Source: an uncultured virus (IMG/VR IMGVR_UViG_3300003690_000004) (taxonomy: Duplodnaviria; Heunggongvirae; Uroviricota; Caudoviricetes). From it: DNA of 64,000 bases. Of this stretch, positions 29,927 to 41,900 are shown piece by piece. Every line of letters begins with the position of its first letter. Position 1 is the first letter of the stretch. The stretch lies in the IMG/VR virus record IMGVR_UViG_3300003690_000004. One strand, written 5' to 3'. The translations under genes and the position numbers were made by a program. The notes below the pieces were generated by a model. That model saw nothing but the letters and a program-made list of their open reading frames with translations, made no database searches and had not been told where the DNA came from.

Positions 29927-31005
29927 TGGGAATAGCAACCACGACGCAGTATTGGTCCTCACGCATGAATGGGACCGACCCAACAGACCTACCGGGCTCA
30001 TTCAATGCAGATTTCACCCTCACAGGGAGCGCGGGGTCCGCAAGTGGCGACTATTGGCTGATTGATAACACCGCTCGATATTACATCACCCCCGATGCGT
30101 CAGATAATGACTATACGATGGTAACTTCCTTCACTTTCTCAGATGGCGCCGATGTTCCGACTGCTGGCACCACGCTAATGAGCCTCGACAACGGAACATA
30201 CCATGTCGAAGTCCAATCGAAGGGTACCAATACACAATTAGACCTCGTGGGCGCAACAACAGTCACAACACATGATTTAGACCTCAATGTGGACGACGAT
30301 TTCGCCGTCCCTATTGTTCTTAGGCTTACTTTGAGTGCAACCGGCACTGCCAACCTGTATATGCGTGAATTGATAGAGGACGATGACGGAAATCAACACT
30401 ACCTCTCCGTTACAGGGGCGAGCAGTGCCTCCAAAAAGATAGAATGGGGCAACGCTACCGGTACAGTCACTTGGGGGTCGGTCTATTACAGCAAATTCGG
30501 TGCCTTTTCGCCCACAGAATTGATGACTTCGGGCTTTGCACAGGATGTTCTGTCGAGGATGGGGCTTTCTATCGTGGAAAATCTAAGGAATAGCAAGCGA
30601 CTCTATTTGAAAACCCAAGTAGTAGATTCATCCATCATCTACGGTTACGATTTGTCGTCTGATATGCTGAATCGAATCAATCCACCCACCATTCATGTTC
30701 TCATGGAAGGTTTGCGGTCCCCCACTTTTGAGGCATTAGCAGGAGCGAAGATTAGGCAGGATTATGATGTGATGATATTTATAACCACACGCGGTACGAA
30801 TTATGAGAGTGCGTATAGGGATTGTTTGAATATCACAGGTGAAGTTTTCGATGAATTGTACACGACTACGGGACTATTGGGGACCACAGATAGTCTTATC
30901 TCGTATGAAGCCGAATTGGATGTGAAATTAGATGCGGGCGATACAGTTTGTACCCACAGATTGAGAATGGCGTATGAAAGGCTCATTGATATGCGACACA
31001 GATGA
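29926..31005 (+). CDS. Putative tail terminator fused to an N-terminal beta-sandwich domain
   Basis: Immediately before tail tube; C-terminal about 150 aa has PTIHV...YDVMIFITT pattern. Confidence 0.5.
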   Translation: MGIATTTQYWSSRMNGTDPTDLPGSFNADFTLTGSAGSASGDYWLIDNTARYYITPDASDNDYTMVTSFTFSDGADVPTAGTTLMSLDNGTYHVEVQSKGTNTQLDLVGATTVTTHDLDLNVDDDFAVPIVLRLTLSATGTANLYMRELIEDDDGNQHYLSVTGASSASKKIEWGNATGTVTWGSVYYSKFGAFSPTELMTSGFAQDVLSRMGLSIVENLRNSKRLYLKTQVVDSSIIYGYDLSSDMLNRINPPTIHVLMEGLRSPTFEALAGAKIRQDYDVMIFITTRGTNYESAYRDCLNITGEVFDELYTTTGLLGTTDSLISYEAELDVKLDAGDTVCTHRLRMAYERLIDMRHR

Positions 31006-31065
31006 GCCTTGAGATAACCTTTAAGTGTCGCACGGTATGTGGGGAAACCATTAGGAGCGGTAGGA

Positions 31066-32091
31066 ATGGCTGATGACTTCTTGAATCGTTATGTCGGAAT
31101 TGTAAAAGAGGTTACTTACGGGACCGACCCCGGAAGCGGCTACATCTACGGGGAGGTTGATGATGAGTCTCTTCAACACCGCTTCGACCTCTTGGTCAGA
31201 GAGGATATTAGTCGCCCGATTTCCTCCAAAGCCGTCACAGGCAAGGAGTATTCTGAGGGCGATATCAATATGGCCGTCCAAATTGACGATTTCATAGGTA
31301 ATCTGTTCTATGCGTTTTTCCCCGACGATACTCAAAGCACAAGTGGCGACTATGAGATTCATACTATGGAAGAGCCTACCTCCACCTCTGATGAATGGCC
31401 TTCATGGACTATTCAAGTCGGACGCGAATCCAAAATGCACACATACACAGGAATGACCGCCGACAGCCTCAATATCAGTGCGAATCTTGGAGAATATGTG
31501 ATGCTCTCAGTCGGATTTATGGGGAAGGCCGAGGGTTCAACCGCCGCTCTTGTTACACCTACATTTGATGGTGACGCACTTAACTCACTCTACTTTTCAG
31601 AGGCCACTGTTTATTTCGCTGGTGGTTCTGCCGCCGCGACTGTGAAGTCTATCTCTGTGGATATCACCCTTAATAGGGATATGGATAACTCCTACGCTCT
31701 TGGAAGTAGTTCCTGTGTGAGAATGCCTCCTGCACAGCGAAGAGAAATTACAGGGTCTATTGAATTTAACGAGGTCATATACACGGCCGATGATGGGGAG
31801 CCTACATACGAGGAATTAATTGCGGCTGATGGTGACGATTCAAACCCTGCTAGCACTACGGCGGCAATTGGTCTATTATTCTCGGACCAAACAGATGCGG
31901 CTACCTATCTTAATATAGACCTATTTCATGTCTTCTTTGGGGCCCCCACCGCGAATGTAAGTGGTCGGGACACAAATACCATGACTTGTGATTTCACCGC
32001 ACTATACGATGCTCAAGCCTCCGGTGCAGACAAGGCTATGCAAGTGGTTCTCAAAGGCAAGGAATTATCCGCCACTGCATATAACGCATGA
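31066..32091 (+). CDS. Major tail tube protein
   Basis: GIVKEVTYGT, PSWTIQVG, YTGMTADSLNIS, RREITGSIE; acidic; upstream of chaperone and tape measure genes. Confidence 0.85.
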   Translation: MADDFLNRYVGIVKEVTYGTDPGSGYIYGEVDDESLQHRFDLLVREDISRPISSKAVTGKEYSEGDINMAVQIDDFIGNLFYAFFPDDTQSTSGDYEIHTMEEPTSTSDEWPSWTIQVGRESKMHTYTGMTADSLNISANLGEYVMLSVGFMGKAEGSTAALVTPTFDGDALNSLYFSEATVYFAGGSAAATVKSISVDITLNRDMDNSYALGSSSCVRMPPAQRREITGSIEFNEVIYTADDGEPTYEELIAADGDDSNPASTTAAIGLLFSDQTDAATYLNIDLFHVFFGAPTANVSGRDTNTMTCDFTALYDAQASGADKAMQVVLKGKELSATAYNA

Positions 32092-32100
32092 GGTTAGAGT

Positions 32101-32292
32101 ATGGGACACACAATAGTTAACCCCGCCAAGTTAACAGTCACAGAAATTTCTACCGACTTAGCAGGGATGGATGCGGCAGTACAAACCTCACTCCGTACAC
32201 TTCTCGCAGGCGATATCATCATAGAGATTAAGTACGAGCGACAGAAGGATTCAAACGACATAGTAGTCAACATCATTTGGGAAGACCAATGA
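32101..32292 (+). CDS. Small hypothetical tail-module protein
   Basis: GAGGT ribosome-binding site; 63 aa. Confidence 0.55.
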   Translation: MGHTIVNPAKLTVTEISTDLAGMDAAVQTSLRTLLAGDIIIEIKYERQKDSNDIVVNIIWEDQ

Positions 32293-32305
32293 AGCGAGTG
32301 ATTAA

Positions 32306-32467
32306 ATGAGTGAAACCTACGAAGACGAGCATGGGTTATGGGAAATCCGCCAAATGGGCGGTCGCACCGTTACGGTGTTAATTGAGGCTAAGGAAAAGCC
32401 CGTCCCACAGAAGAAGAGAGCGAAGAAGGGGGCCAAGAAGAGTGCCGGTAAGAAAAGCAGAGATTGA
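32306..32467 (+). CDS. 53-aa protein with Lys-rich C-terminus (not in ORF track)
   Basis: MSETYEDEHGLWEIRQMGGRTVTVLIEAKEKPVPQKKRAKKGAKKSAGKKSRD; fills the gap; GAGTGA upstream. Confidence 0.55.
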   Translation: MSETYEDEHGLWEIRQMGGRTVTVLIEAKEKPVPQKKRAKKGAKKSAGKKSRD

Positions 32468-32801
32468 ATTAGACGATGGCTCAAAGGTTCTTGTTCGGCA
32501 GGCGTCCGGACGGGAGAAAATCGCTATCGAAACCCGACAGGCCCGAGTATTTCGTGCATTTCGACATTATGGGGACCCGATGGAATGGAGCGTCGAGCAG
32601 AATGAGGAATTCGCCGCCGCAGTGGACGAAGCGGGCGCGGGCATTGATGCACAAGTCGGAGCGTGGCTTCCCGTTTGTGTTCTAACGGAGAATTTCGACA
32701 TAGATACTTTGACGAGTCTTGAAATGTACGAAATCTTAAGATTCATTCGTGGAGATGAAGATGAGGAAGGTGCCGTCCCTTTGGAACCTTCTTCCGAGTA
32801 G
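32442..32801 (+). CDS. Tail assembly chaperone (gpG-like)
   Basis: Between tail tube and tape measure genes; probable GTG start at 32442; slippery heptamer near its 3' end. Confidence 0.7.
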   Translation: MPVRKAEIELDDGSKVLVRQASGREKIAIETRQARVFRAFRHYGDPMEWSVEQNEEFAAAVDEAGAGIDAQVGAWLPVCVLTENFDIDTLTSLEMYEILRFIRGDEDEEGAVPLEPSSE

Positions 32802-33106
32802 CACCATCGCTCTGTATGTCGTTCAAAGGGACGACGCCGGCTGATTTTTACGAGCGGTATAACTGTGAAGGAGGTCAGTGGGCCTTAGAGATGGACCTGT
32901 TGGTGGCTTCCGAAATAGCAGAGCGAGTAAGTGAGCAGACCGATAAAGTCACGCAAGCAGATAGGGGAAAGGGGGCTGTGGCTCGTAAAAATCAGCGACG
33001 AGAGCATCGCAAACAATTATCAGACAATGAGTCCTTGTTCGGGGCATTGAGAGATAGCGGGGTACCCATCCGAGGTACCAAGAGTGGAGAGAATATGAAT
33101 GATTGA
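32777..33106 (+). CDS. Tail assembly chaperone -1 frameshift extension (gpT-like)
   Basis: C CCT TTG at 32777-32783; -1 frame reads PFGTFFRVAPSLC directly into MSFKGTTP (ORF 32816-33106). Confidence 0.75.
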   Translation, partial: PFGTFFRVAPSLCMSFKGTTPADFYERYNCEGGQWALEMDLLVASEIAERVSEQTDKVTQADRGKGAVARKNQRREHRKQLSDNESLFGALRDSGVPIRGTKSGENMND

Positions 33107-35942
33107 AATTTTTCTACTAAATTTCACTCCCTTAATTCTGTTATCCTGTGCGGTAGCCATGATTGTGCTACGGGCTGGCGCCTCAATGGTCTTCTTCGAC
33201 ATTGTGGGGACTTTCCAAGCAGGGCGTCTGATTAAGGATGCAGGCGCCGCTATGACTGCCTTTGAAGGGCTTATGCTTGATGGGCTCAGTAATATTGAAG
33301 ATGCAGTATTGGAGGTTTTCAAACCTCTCGATGATTTGCGAAACGCTACAATGCCGATTGCGGAGGATGTCGAGTTAGCACGAATTGAATTTGAGAAGTT
33401 CGTGAGGGAAACTAATCAAGCGGCGTTGGGACAGGAAATAACAGAGATAGGAAATGCCTTTGGTTATACAGCAGAGCAATCCTATCAAGCGGGCGCCCGC
33501 ATGGCACAGTTAGCATCGGTGATGGGAGAAGCGGCCCTACCAGCCGCCGTGAAAACGAGCCTTGCCTTCGGGCTTATCGGTGAAATGGAGGCTCGTGAAG
33601 CGCAGGAAAAGATGATTTCCTTAATGCAACAGACCCAATTCGTTTTCCAAGATGTGACCCGAGAGGAATACGCCTTGATGAGCGCACAACAACAACGCAT
33701 TCATGTTACGAAGGAAATGTCGAATACAATCAACGCTCTCAACAGCATAGAGGATAACAGCGCCGCGATTATGCCTCAAATAGTATCAGCCATGAATGAA
33801 TTCGCTGGGGCCGCTACTCTTGCTGGGGACTCAATTGAATTCATGGCCGCCATGTCTGCCATGCTAATTGAAAGAGGGGTAACTGCACAGAAGGCAGGAA
33901 CCTCTCTAAGAATGGCCTATGCTAGATTGGGTGCCAATATTAATGGGGCCGCAGATGCCGTCCAAGCATACGGAGTACAGGTCAAAGATTCAGAGGGGAA
34001 TATGCGTGGGTTGGAAACCATTCTCAATGAGTTAGCCCCTGTGTATGCTCAATTGGAGCAAGGGCAAAGGATGGCACTTGCACAGGCTATCGCCGGAAAC
34101 AGGCATTACGCCCGCTTCGTCTTCCTCATGGAAGACCTAACACGAGTCAATCAGTTGGCGATGGAAGGCTACATCCAATCGAAACCGGTGATGGATGAAG
34201 CAGGAAACGCCATTGAATATCTTGCAGACCGTTTGGAAACTCAACACCACCAATTGAAGGTTGCGAGAGCAGAATTGGATAAGTGGCAGGGCGCTTTGGG
34301 TGAGGGTTTCATACCTGCTACCACATTAGCAACACAGCGCCAAGCGGATTTCTACCGTGAATTTGTTCTAACTACAAGGGCTCTAACTGAGCAATACCCC
34401 ATATTGGGACAGGTTGCTGGTCGCCTCATGGCTATGCAACAGGTCGCAGAGAAGATGTATGCGCCGTTCTTGGCCGCTCTACTCAACATCAAGCAGTTAC
34501 AGGTTGCTCTGATGACCTTCCATGCTATTCAGAGAGCAGTGGCGGGTCAGCGTATCGCATACTTCGATAATGAGTCGAGAGGGTACGGGATGATGAATAC
34601 GGGTCAATATTCCCTCAATAGACTCGTTGGAATATACAATCAGGGGCTATTCAATACCGTCGAATTGAAGCACGAGGCAATTCGTGTAGAGCAATTACTC
34701 GCCCAGCAAAGTGCAAAAACCCACCTCGCAAATTGGATGGCTTTGAAGGCGCAAAGAGATATCGCTATCGTATTGTTACGGATAGGAAATGCGGATGCCT
34801 TACAGGCTCAAGATATCGTATTCATGGAGCAGGAGAGGGTTAAACTCATGGCGAAAAAGGCCGCATTCGCCATAGCACACGCCGCCGCCCTGAAAATGAA
34901 GGACCCTGCAACGAGAGCCCGAGAACTCAACCGATTAACCAGCGTAAAATACAGATTGAACATAGAGGAAGCCGAATTTAACAAACTTACGGAGAAGAGC
35001 CTCCCCCTCCTTGATGCAAGAATGCAGAAAATAGACGCCCTCTATCAGGTAGAGGCTAAGAGGATGAAAACCCTCATTGGTACAGACAGCGTTATTCGAC
35101 AATCGAAGGGCGCTCTGCATCTCTATGATGAGTCTATGGATAGTGCCAATCAATCAACAGGTGAAATGAATTGGCAATTGTCTAACCTTCAAATCAATTT
35201 GATGCAAGCCAGCATGGGTGCGATGGCCGCAACGGGGTTCATTTCCCTATTCGGAGATATGCTATTTAAGTCTGCTGATGGAGGAAGGGCCGCGCGTATT
35301 CAGATGATAGCGATGGCACTTTCCGGTGCAATTATGATGGTTCAGATGGGACAAGCGATGACTTCTATGGGGGGTGCCGCAATCCAAGCAGGGAACCTTG
35401 CCAAAGCCAACAATGCGGCCGCGGTTAGTTTCAACAATATGGCGGCGGCGGCGGGCTCCGCGAAGGTCGCGCTTGATGGTGTAGAAACGACAGTGGCAAG
35501 CACAATTACGGGGGTCCTAAAGTGGATGGCTATTATCACTATTATTTCATACCTTCTTGAGAAAATTGGAAGTGTCCTCGGTCTTTGGAGGAAGGAAACA
35601 GATTTAGTAGGGGATTACGACTACGATTGGTTCAATAGACAGTCACAAGCGAATTACTTCGACACTTCTGCTATAACAGATTTTACCAGCGCACTGTCGG
35701 ATGCAGAGGATGAAATGTACTCATTCGGTAATGCTCGTGAGGAATTGTTCTTTGGGTTCAAGGCAGGTAATGTTTCGGGTGCATTAATCAAGCAGATAGA
35801 GCAGAGAGGCATTGAGAATTTCGTGGCGAATACTGAGGTAATTCAGACCAACAATTTCAACGGTCTAACGACAGACCAAGTAGCGAATGTGATTTTGGAT
35901 GCTATCGAAGAAGAAGGGAGAGCAAGAGGGATAGTGTTCTGA
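33099..35942 (+). CDS. Tail tape measure protein
   Basis: 947 aa, Ala/Met-rich helical; TP901-type core AQKAGTSLRMAYARL...GVQVKDSEGNMRGL; hydrophobic segments in C-terminal part. Confidence 0.9.
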   Translation: MIEIFLLNFTPLILLSCAVAMIVLRAGASMVFFDIVGTFQAGRLIKDAGAAMTAFEGLMLDGLSNIEDAVLEVFKPLDDLRNATMPIAEDVELARIEFEKFVRETNQAALGQEITEIGNAFGYTAEQSYQAGARMAQLASVMGEAALPAAVKTSLAFGLIGEMEAREAQEKMISLMQQTQFVFQDVTREEYALMSAQQQRIHVTKEMSNTINALNSIEDNSAAIMPQIVSAMNEFAGAATLAGDSIEFMAAMSAMLIERGVTAQKAGTSLRMAYARLGANINGAADAVQAYGVQVKDSEGNMRGLETILNELAPVYAQLEQGQRMALAQAIAGNRHYARFVFLMEDLTRVNQLAMEGYIQSKPVMDEAGNAIEYLADRLETQHHQLKVARAELDKWQGALGEGFIPATTLATQRQADFYREFVLTTRALTEQYPILGQVAGRLMAMQQVAEKMYAPFLAALLNIKQLQVALMTFHAIQRAVAGQRIAYFDNESRGYGMMNTGQYSLNRLVGIYNQGLFNTVELKHEAIRVEQLLAQQSAKTHLANWMALKAQRDIAIVLLRIGNADALQAQDIVFMEQERVKLMAKKAAFAIAHAAALKMKDPATRARELNRLTSVKYRLNIEEAEFNKLTEKSLPLLDARMQKIDALYQVEAKRMKTLIGTDSVIRQSKGALHLYDESMDSANQSTGEMNWQLSNLQINLMQASMGAMAATGFISLFGDMLFKSADGGRAARIQMIAMALSGAIMMVQMGQAMTSMGGAAIQAGNLAKANNAAAVSFNNMAAAAGSAKVALDGVETTVASTITGVLKWMAIITIISYLLEKIGSVLGLWRKETDLVGDYDYDWFNRQSQANYFDTSAITDFTSALSDAEDEMYSFGNAREELFFGFKAGNVSGALIKQIEQRGIENFVANTEVIQTNNFNGLTTDQVANVILDAIEEEGRARGIVF

Positions 35943-38900
35943 ATGGTTCGCACGGTGGAAAGTAAGTACGGGTTTTGGCTCGCGGGATATTACGACGACT
36001 TCTCGGGAGCGAGAAGCATACCCAGCGACACGAATGAGCCTTCGGCCACAGACGCATTCGTACACACAAAATCCCACTATGGAAATCCTATGAATGGGGA
36101 GGCAACCCTCAGTCCCCGTTATCGTTGGTCCTATGTCGAACGGGCTAAGGCCAATAATTACGATTCCACACTGACGGGAACAGGAGATGTAACACAGAGA
36201 TTATCCAACACGGGTTCATTCAATTGGCTCGGTTGCGATGTGATAAGGCAGAGTCCGAGCAATTGGGAGGGAAAGGCGCAGTTACAGTACCCCGACGGAC
36301 ACATCGGGAATAAATATCGCTACAACAACGCCGCAGGGGCCTCATATCTCCTTCTCGTGAACGGACACGATACTCTCGGTCGTTACATCATTCCCCTCGG
36401 TGAAAATGATGCAACATTTGGACGCACACTTAACAAAAACTACACAGTTACGAATTACGAGAACAAAAACGCTGGTGGAAAGGATGTTACACAGGCCGGG
36501 GACTTCATTCAGAGGGCCCATTTGGCCGGAGTATGGCTGGGGGAAATGACTGAGTTTGACCACAAGGACGGAGGTACAATAGAGAGTCCCCGTGTGGTTT
36601 TTCAGCCCGTTCGCTCTCCCTCGGGCAAACCCATTCTCTGTATTCAGTCTTTCCATAATGACCCCACCGCCCACGGTACAAAATCTGCGGTGATTTATGA
36701 TGGTTCAATAAATTCGGTCAAGGACGGTGATATTTTCACCGTGCGTTTTGCGATTCGCTCATTCAACGGTAGAGCGTCCTCAGATAATGGCAAGGTCCCC
36801 CCTATCATCAAACTCAGTGTTGGATATGATTCTACACCCACCGGCAATCTTGATAATGGACTGACCGGTACACCCGAAATCGTGTGGTCAATGAATTTCG
36901 ACACGGGAAATGGTTTGAAGGGTACTACCTATGATTACTACGGAGCCCTGTATGATAATAGCACGAGTGCTTCCTCCTACACCAAGTATGATGCGTGGAT
37001 TGACCTTGACTTCGTGATAGACTACACCACCGGGAAATTCAAGGTTTATCACGACGGGACCGAGATTACCACCACCAACGACTCTGCGGGTACTTACAGC
37101 ACCGGGTATAGCATGGCCGGGGGACCGGGCGTAGTGGCAGAAGATATGTACGGTTGGGATATGCAGGCATATCCCGTAACGGATATGGAATATGGTCATA
37201 GGTATGATTATGCCTCTATGACCTTGATGATGGATAGAGCGGCACTGTATCGTCCTCTTACAGACCATCCAGCAGGTGATGACCTTCCTCAAGTGAGCGA
37301 TATGAGGATGAAAAGCCCTGTGAATGGTTTTTCAAATATCACACTCGGTCTTACTGATGACCCTTCTTTGACCGGTGATAAAATCGGAGAGAATGTTTCC
37401 GATTACACCACTCAATTAACCACTCTCTTCTCAGATAATTCAATCAGGGATTGGCTTCTTCTCATGTTCACGAACCCCACCGGAGGATATAGAGAAACGA
37501 CGAACAGAATTGATAGGCCCACATGGAAGGGAGTCTGTACAAGGATGAATATTATTCAAAATCTGAGAAGTAGAAAATTATTAATCAAAGCAGAAGATTT
37601 GATGTCCCTATTGGATAGACAGGTCCCTCTTTGGGAGATTGGTCAAAAGGGACTGAATACCTCTGAATCAAATACTCCCTATTGGCTCTTTGATGCTCAA
37701 GGATTCAACACTCTCATGTACACAGGAGCATCCCCCCTCCTTAATCTAAAACCCACCGTTGGTTTCGATATTGACGATGACTACTTGGAGAGGATAGACC
37801 AGCGGACCCAATTGAATGCAGGAAATCCAATTCAGATGTACAATAACGAAAACAGCGAATATGGACCTAACTCCATCGAGAAGCAGTATGAGGGTGTGGG
37901 TATAATCGGTTTCGGACAAGAGGACACCACCATTGATTCAGTTACGGCCATTTATTCGTATGTTGACTTGAGAGGAAATCCGGGTTTCACGACTTCTTCG
38001 GTAGTCAGCATTCTAAATTCTGAAACTGCGGGAGGGGTGGCTGTATCTGCGAATAATATCGTGGATAAGAGCCCCGTTCAAGTCACGACCCTTTCCAATG
38101 GAAATCAGAGGCTACATTTCGCAATAGCCGACCTTCCATTCACACCGGATAGTGCGAGTACAATTGCATACGCTGGCAAATACACGAATTTGCGCTTGGT
38201 ATTTTCAGATTTTAGCGGAAGGGAGGGTGGTGATATTATCACGGGAATAACTAGCGACAACCTTCATTACTTCTACGGACGAAGTTTCAACAATTTGCGC
38301 TTGGTACATCCCAATATTAATGACCCCACCGATGAAAGTCACTACACATTTTGGTTCGATGGCGACCCGGGGTTATTCCCGGGTGATTCCTTCACAGTCC
38401 CGGCCGAGAGTACCGCCGATGGAGATTCTTACCCCACAATTGCGGGAACGCATACCTGCATATCAATTGAAAAGGTCTTGAATTACCATGAGGGATTCGG
38501 TAGGTACGATTACGAAGACGATACCCCCTACATGAGCGGGGGGGACCCCCTCTACTATTGGATTGTAACGACAGATACCCCCTATCATATCAATGCTGAA
38601 AGCACTTTGGGACCGCAGAGTCAAGGTGGGTCTGTGGCAGAAGGCTCTTTTGAAATTTCGGTGATTGATTCTTCCAATTTCAGAAGTGGGTCTTATTTCG
38701 GAGAAATATGGGTTCAGACAGCGAGTATCAATGGGACCCCAATCATCTACAAGGAGTTAGACGATGATTTGGGAGGTACACAAAACTTGTCCGGCGTTTT
38801 ATCCTATGCTGAATTGAATGATGGTCTTATTCCCATTCCTCCAAACAACACCTCGTTCTGCCACGGGCTCGCACAGACTATTTCAGCCTACGATTTAGAC

Positions 38901-41900
38901 GATGTGGTGGTTAAACAGGGAACAGAGATTGGTCTTTATTGGGACAAGGATGCTCGTTATATGGAACAATGGTGGGTTGACCATCCCCCCGGCATATACT
39001 CGGGCCTGCATGGCTGTAACACTGCATTATTGAAGGGAGATGCACAAGTCTATGTGAGTACGGCCCGCGGGCAAATGATTCCTATTCCCACGGCCGCCGA
39101 TAAAAACATAGGAAGCAAGGCGGTTCATGCCCGATGGATGAGGGACCTCCCTCTATCTCTATGGTTCAGGTATCACTTCGGAAATATCAGAAAAACGCCA
39201 CTTGTTTCCTACAAGTTAACCAGCCCTCAGAATATTTATTCGGTGGATGAAGTTATTGAGGTGAATGCTGGCGTATATTCGGCATTAGCAACAGTGTACA
39301 GTGGATTGGGAGAAATCGTGGATGCGAACGGTTCAGCAGATACCTTCATTTGGAGAGGAAGGGTGTCTTCCGGTGGAAGTTACTACCTCATCGGGTGTGA
39401 ATATATCAGCAAGAGCCATCTTGGAACAGCCATTGAAAATATCTATCCCAAAATCAATATCTTGGACTTGGGACCGAGTTATAAGCATCTGTGGTTACTG
39501 TGGTCCGATATGAGGAACAACGGTAGAGCAGACGCGGCGGGAGGATTCAGGAAAGAGAAATTCGGACTGATGTACCCCACCGCAGAAAACTATGATGTTG
39601 GACTATGGTACACCGACCAAGACGAAAACATGGATGGTATCATGGATAAATTTACCGACCTAAAACTTGGAGAAGACTATGAAATGTGGGACATAGACGC
39701 GACTAACGACCCCTCAACCGATGGAGCATGGTCGAAACCCGCGGACTACTCCCTCGGTGCGCTTGTAACTTCGGTGTCTGATAATGGCTCAGGTAAAATG
39801 CGACTGAATGGTTTTGACTCTACAACAAATTTTACAGTCGAGAGTTACGCTCACATTTATAATTCTGTTGCCATAAATGGGATGTATGAAGTAACTGCCA
39901 TCAATGGGGCCTACTTGGATATAGACACGGCCTATGTAGCCGATAGTGGAAACACGGGTGGAATTCATGTAGCACCGGCTGGTGGAACAGAGATTGATTA
40001 TATTAGAACGGATTCCTCCGTCTATCGAAATTGGGAAGACAAGGGAGGGTCCTTCCTCGTAATTGACTCTGCGAAATTTTTCAATCTGAATACCACGATA
40101 AATAATGGCAAGAGCGGGCAAACTGCTGGCGGCGCCACGGACCTTGAGGATTATATCGCCACAATTGCTGGGGACCCCGTGTTGATAGATGCCTATTGGA
40201 GGGAGGCCGTGGCTTCATATTTCAATGTGGGTCCACCCTACAATGCACACCCCCACGAATCATCGTTGGTGACTGATTATACCATCCTAGAAGATGATGT
40301 GCCAAGAGGAAGGGATTATCTCTTACCAACCGACATTTCTATCTTTGATACCACGGGTTATGCACGAGTCACGGGAATTAAGGAGGCTGAGGCTGGTAAT
40401 ACCAATCCAACACTCTCTGAATATTTCGCATTATGGAGAGGGAAGAACGCAACAGAAAGGACCGGTACTCTGACGGCGCGTAGTTATGACGCGAGCGGGG
40501 TAGTCACTCTCCACGACACCAGCGCCACTTTTGAAACCGATGGAGTCAAGGCTGGAATGTACATTAAGAATGATACAAACCCCATTTCTGCATCGGCTCT
40601 CAATGTGCAAGGTGCAGAGTATTATTGGAGGATTAGGTCTGTGGAGTCTGAAACCGAAATCACTGTTAATTTGATGGGGTACATCTTCGATGGGGCCATT
40701 CTAACAATGCGACAAATCGCGGAAGCAAATCTCTATGGGGACTCATGGGGACTTCAATCCGTCAAGTTTATCCCCACTGTGTATCGCTTGTGGGAAATTG
40801 CTGACGACTACACAATTCCGATACAGTTATATGGGGTCTTTGGGACTAGCACCACGAATATTAGTGGTTCGGCTTCCAATACCCCCGTAGTAAATCAGAG
40901 AAAACTGAATAGAGCCATGCACAGTGCGGGCGACCGCTTTCAATATTTCAACGGTGAATTACTACAAGGGGCCTATGATACTATTCAGATATCGAATAGC
41001 ATCTCCCCCTCATATATTCTCAGATTAATGATGCACTTAGAGGGTTTCACACGCAACGAAAATAGCGGTACATTTTTCGATAGTGATAAATTCAGGGCAA
41101 TTTGGAACGCTGGTATCATGGAAACATGGCTACCGAAAACTCGCCTTTCATGTATGTTCGATATCAATAATATTCCAAACACGAGAACCATGACCACTTA
41201 CAACACTACTTCAACCAACGATTCCTACGGCTCAGTGTTTGATACACGCACGAAGACCATTTGGGCGAGCATTCAAGGAATTCAACAAGCGTCAGGGATA
41301 GGGACCACGAATGGGTACACCACTAACTTCTCTTATCTGATGGGACGAGATGGGAGAATGGAATATCGTCCAAAGTACAATAGCGGACATGACCTTTCTC
41401 GTGATAATCTGATAATCAGCGACTTGAAGACCGATGTTACCGACAGGATTACCCATGTTCGTGTGTATTACCGTAACGGACAGGCGTTTGTTGACTATCC
41501 CGACCCTGATATTACTGATGCTACACGATGGAAAGTTATAGAATTGGATAATATTTTCTCTGATGAAGAGGCCCTTGCCATAGGGAAAAAGGAGTACAAT
41601 TCTCTGAAAAACTCTCGGCTCTCTATCACAGCAGACCCTATCAAAGATATCACCACCGAAGACAAGATGCTATCGCACGGTAAATTTGGTTACATAGCAG
41701 ACCCACAACGCGCCATGCAAGGCTATGATGATGATACCAACCAAGCGAAATATTGGAGTATTCTCGGTACGGGAGGTGTTTTATTCCCCGGCATGACTAA
41801 TGCGATGGATGGGAATATGTACACTGCTACAACCGGTGCTGACGGGAACCCCGACATATACGATAGGTGGGGACAAAGTGCCTCGATAGATTCAGTCTCA

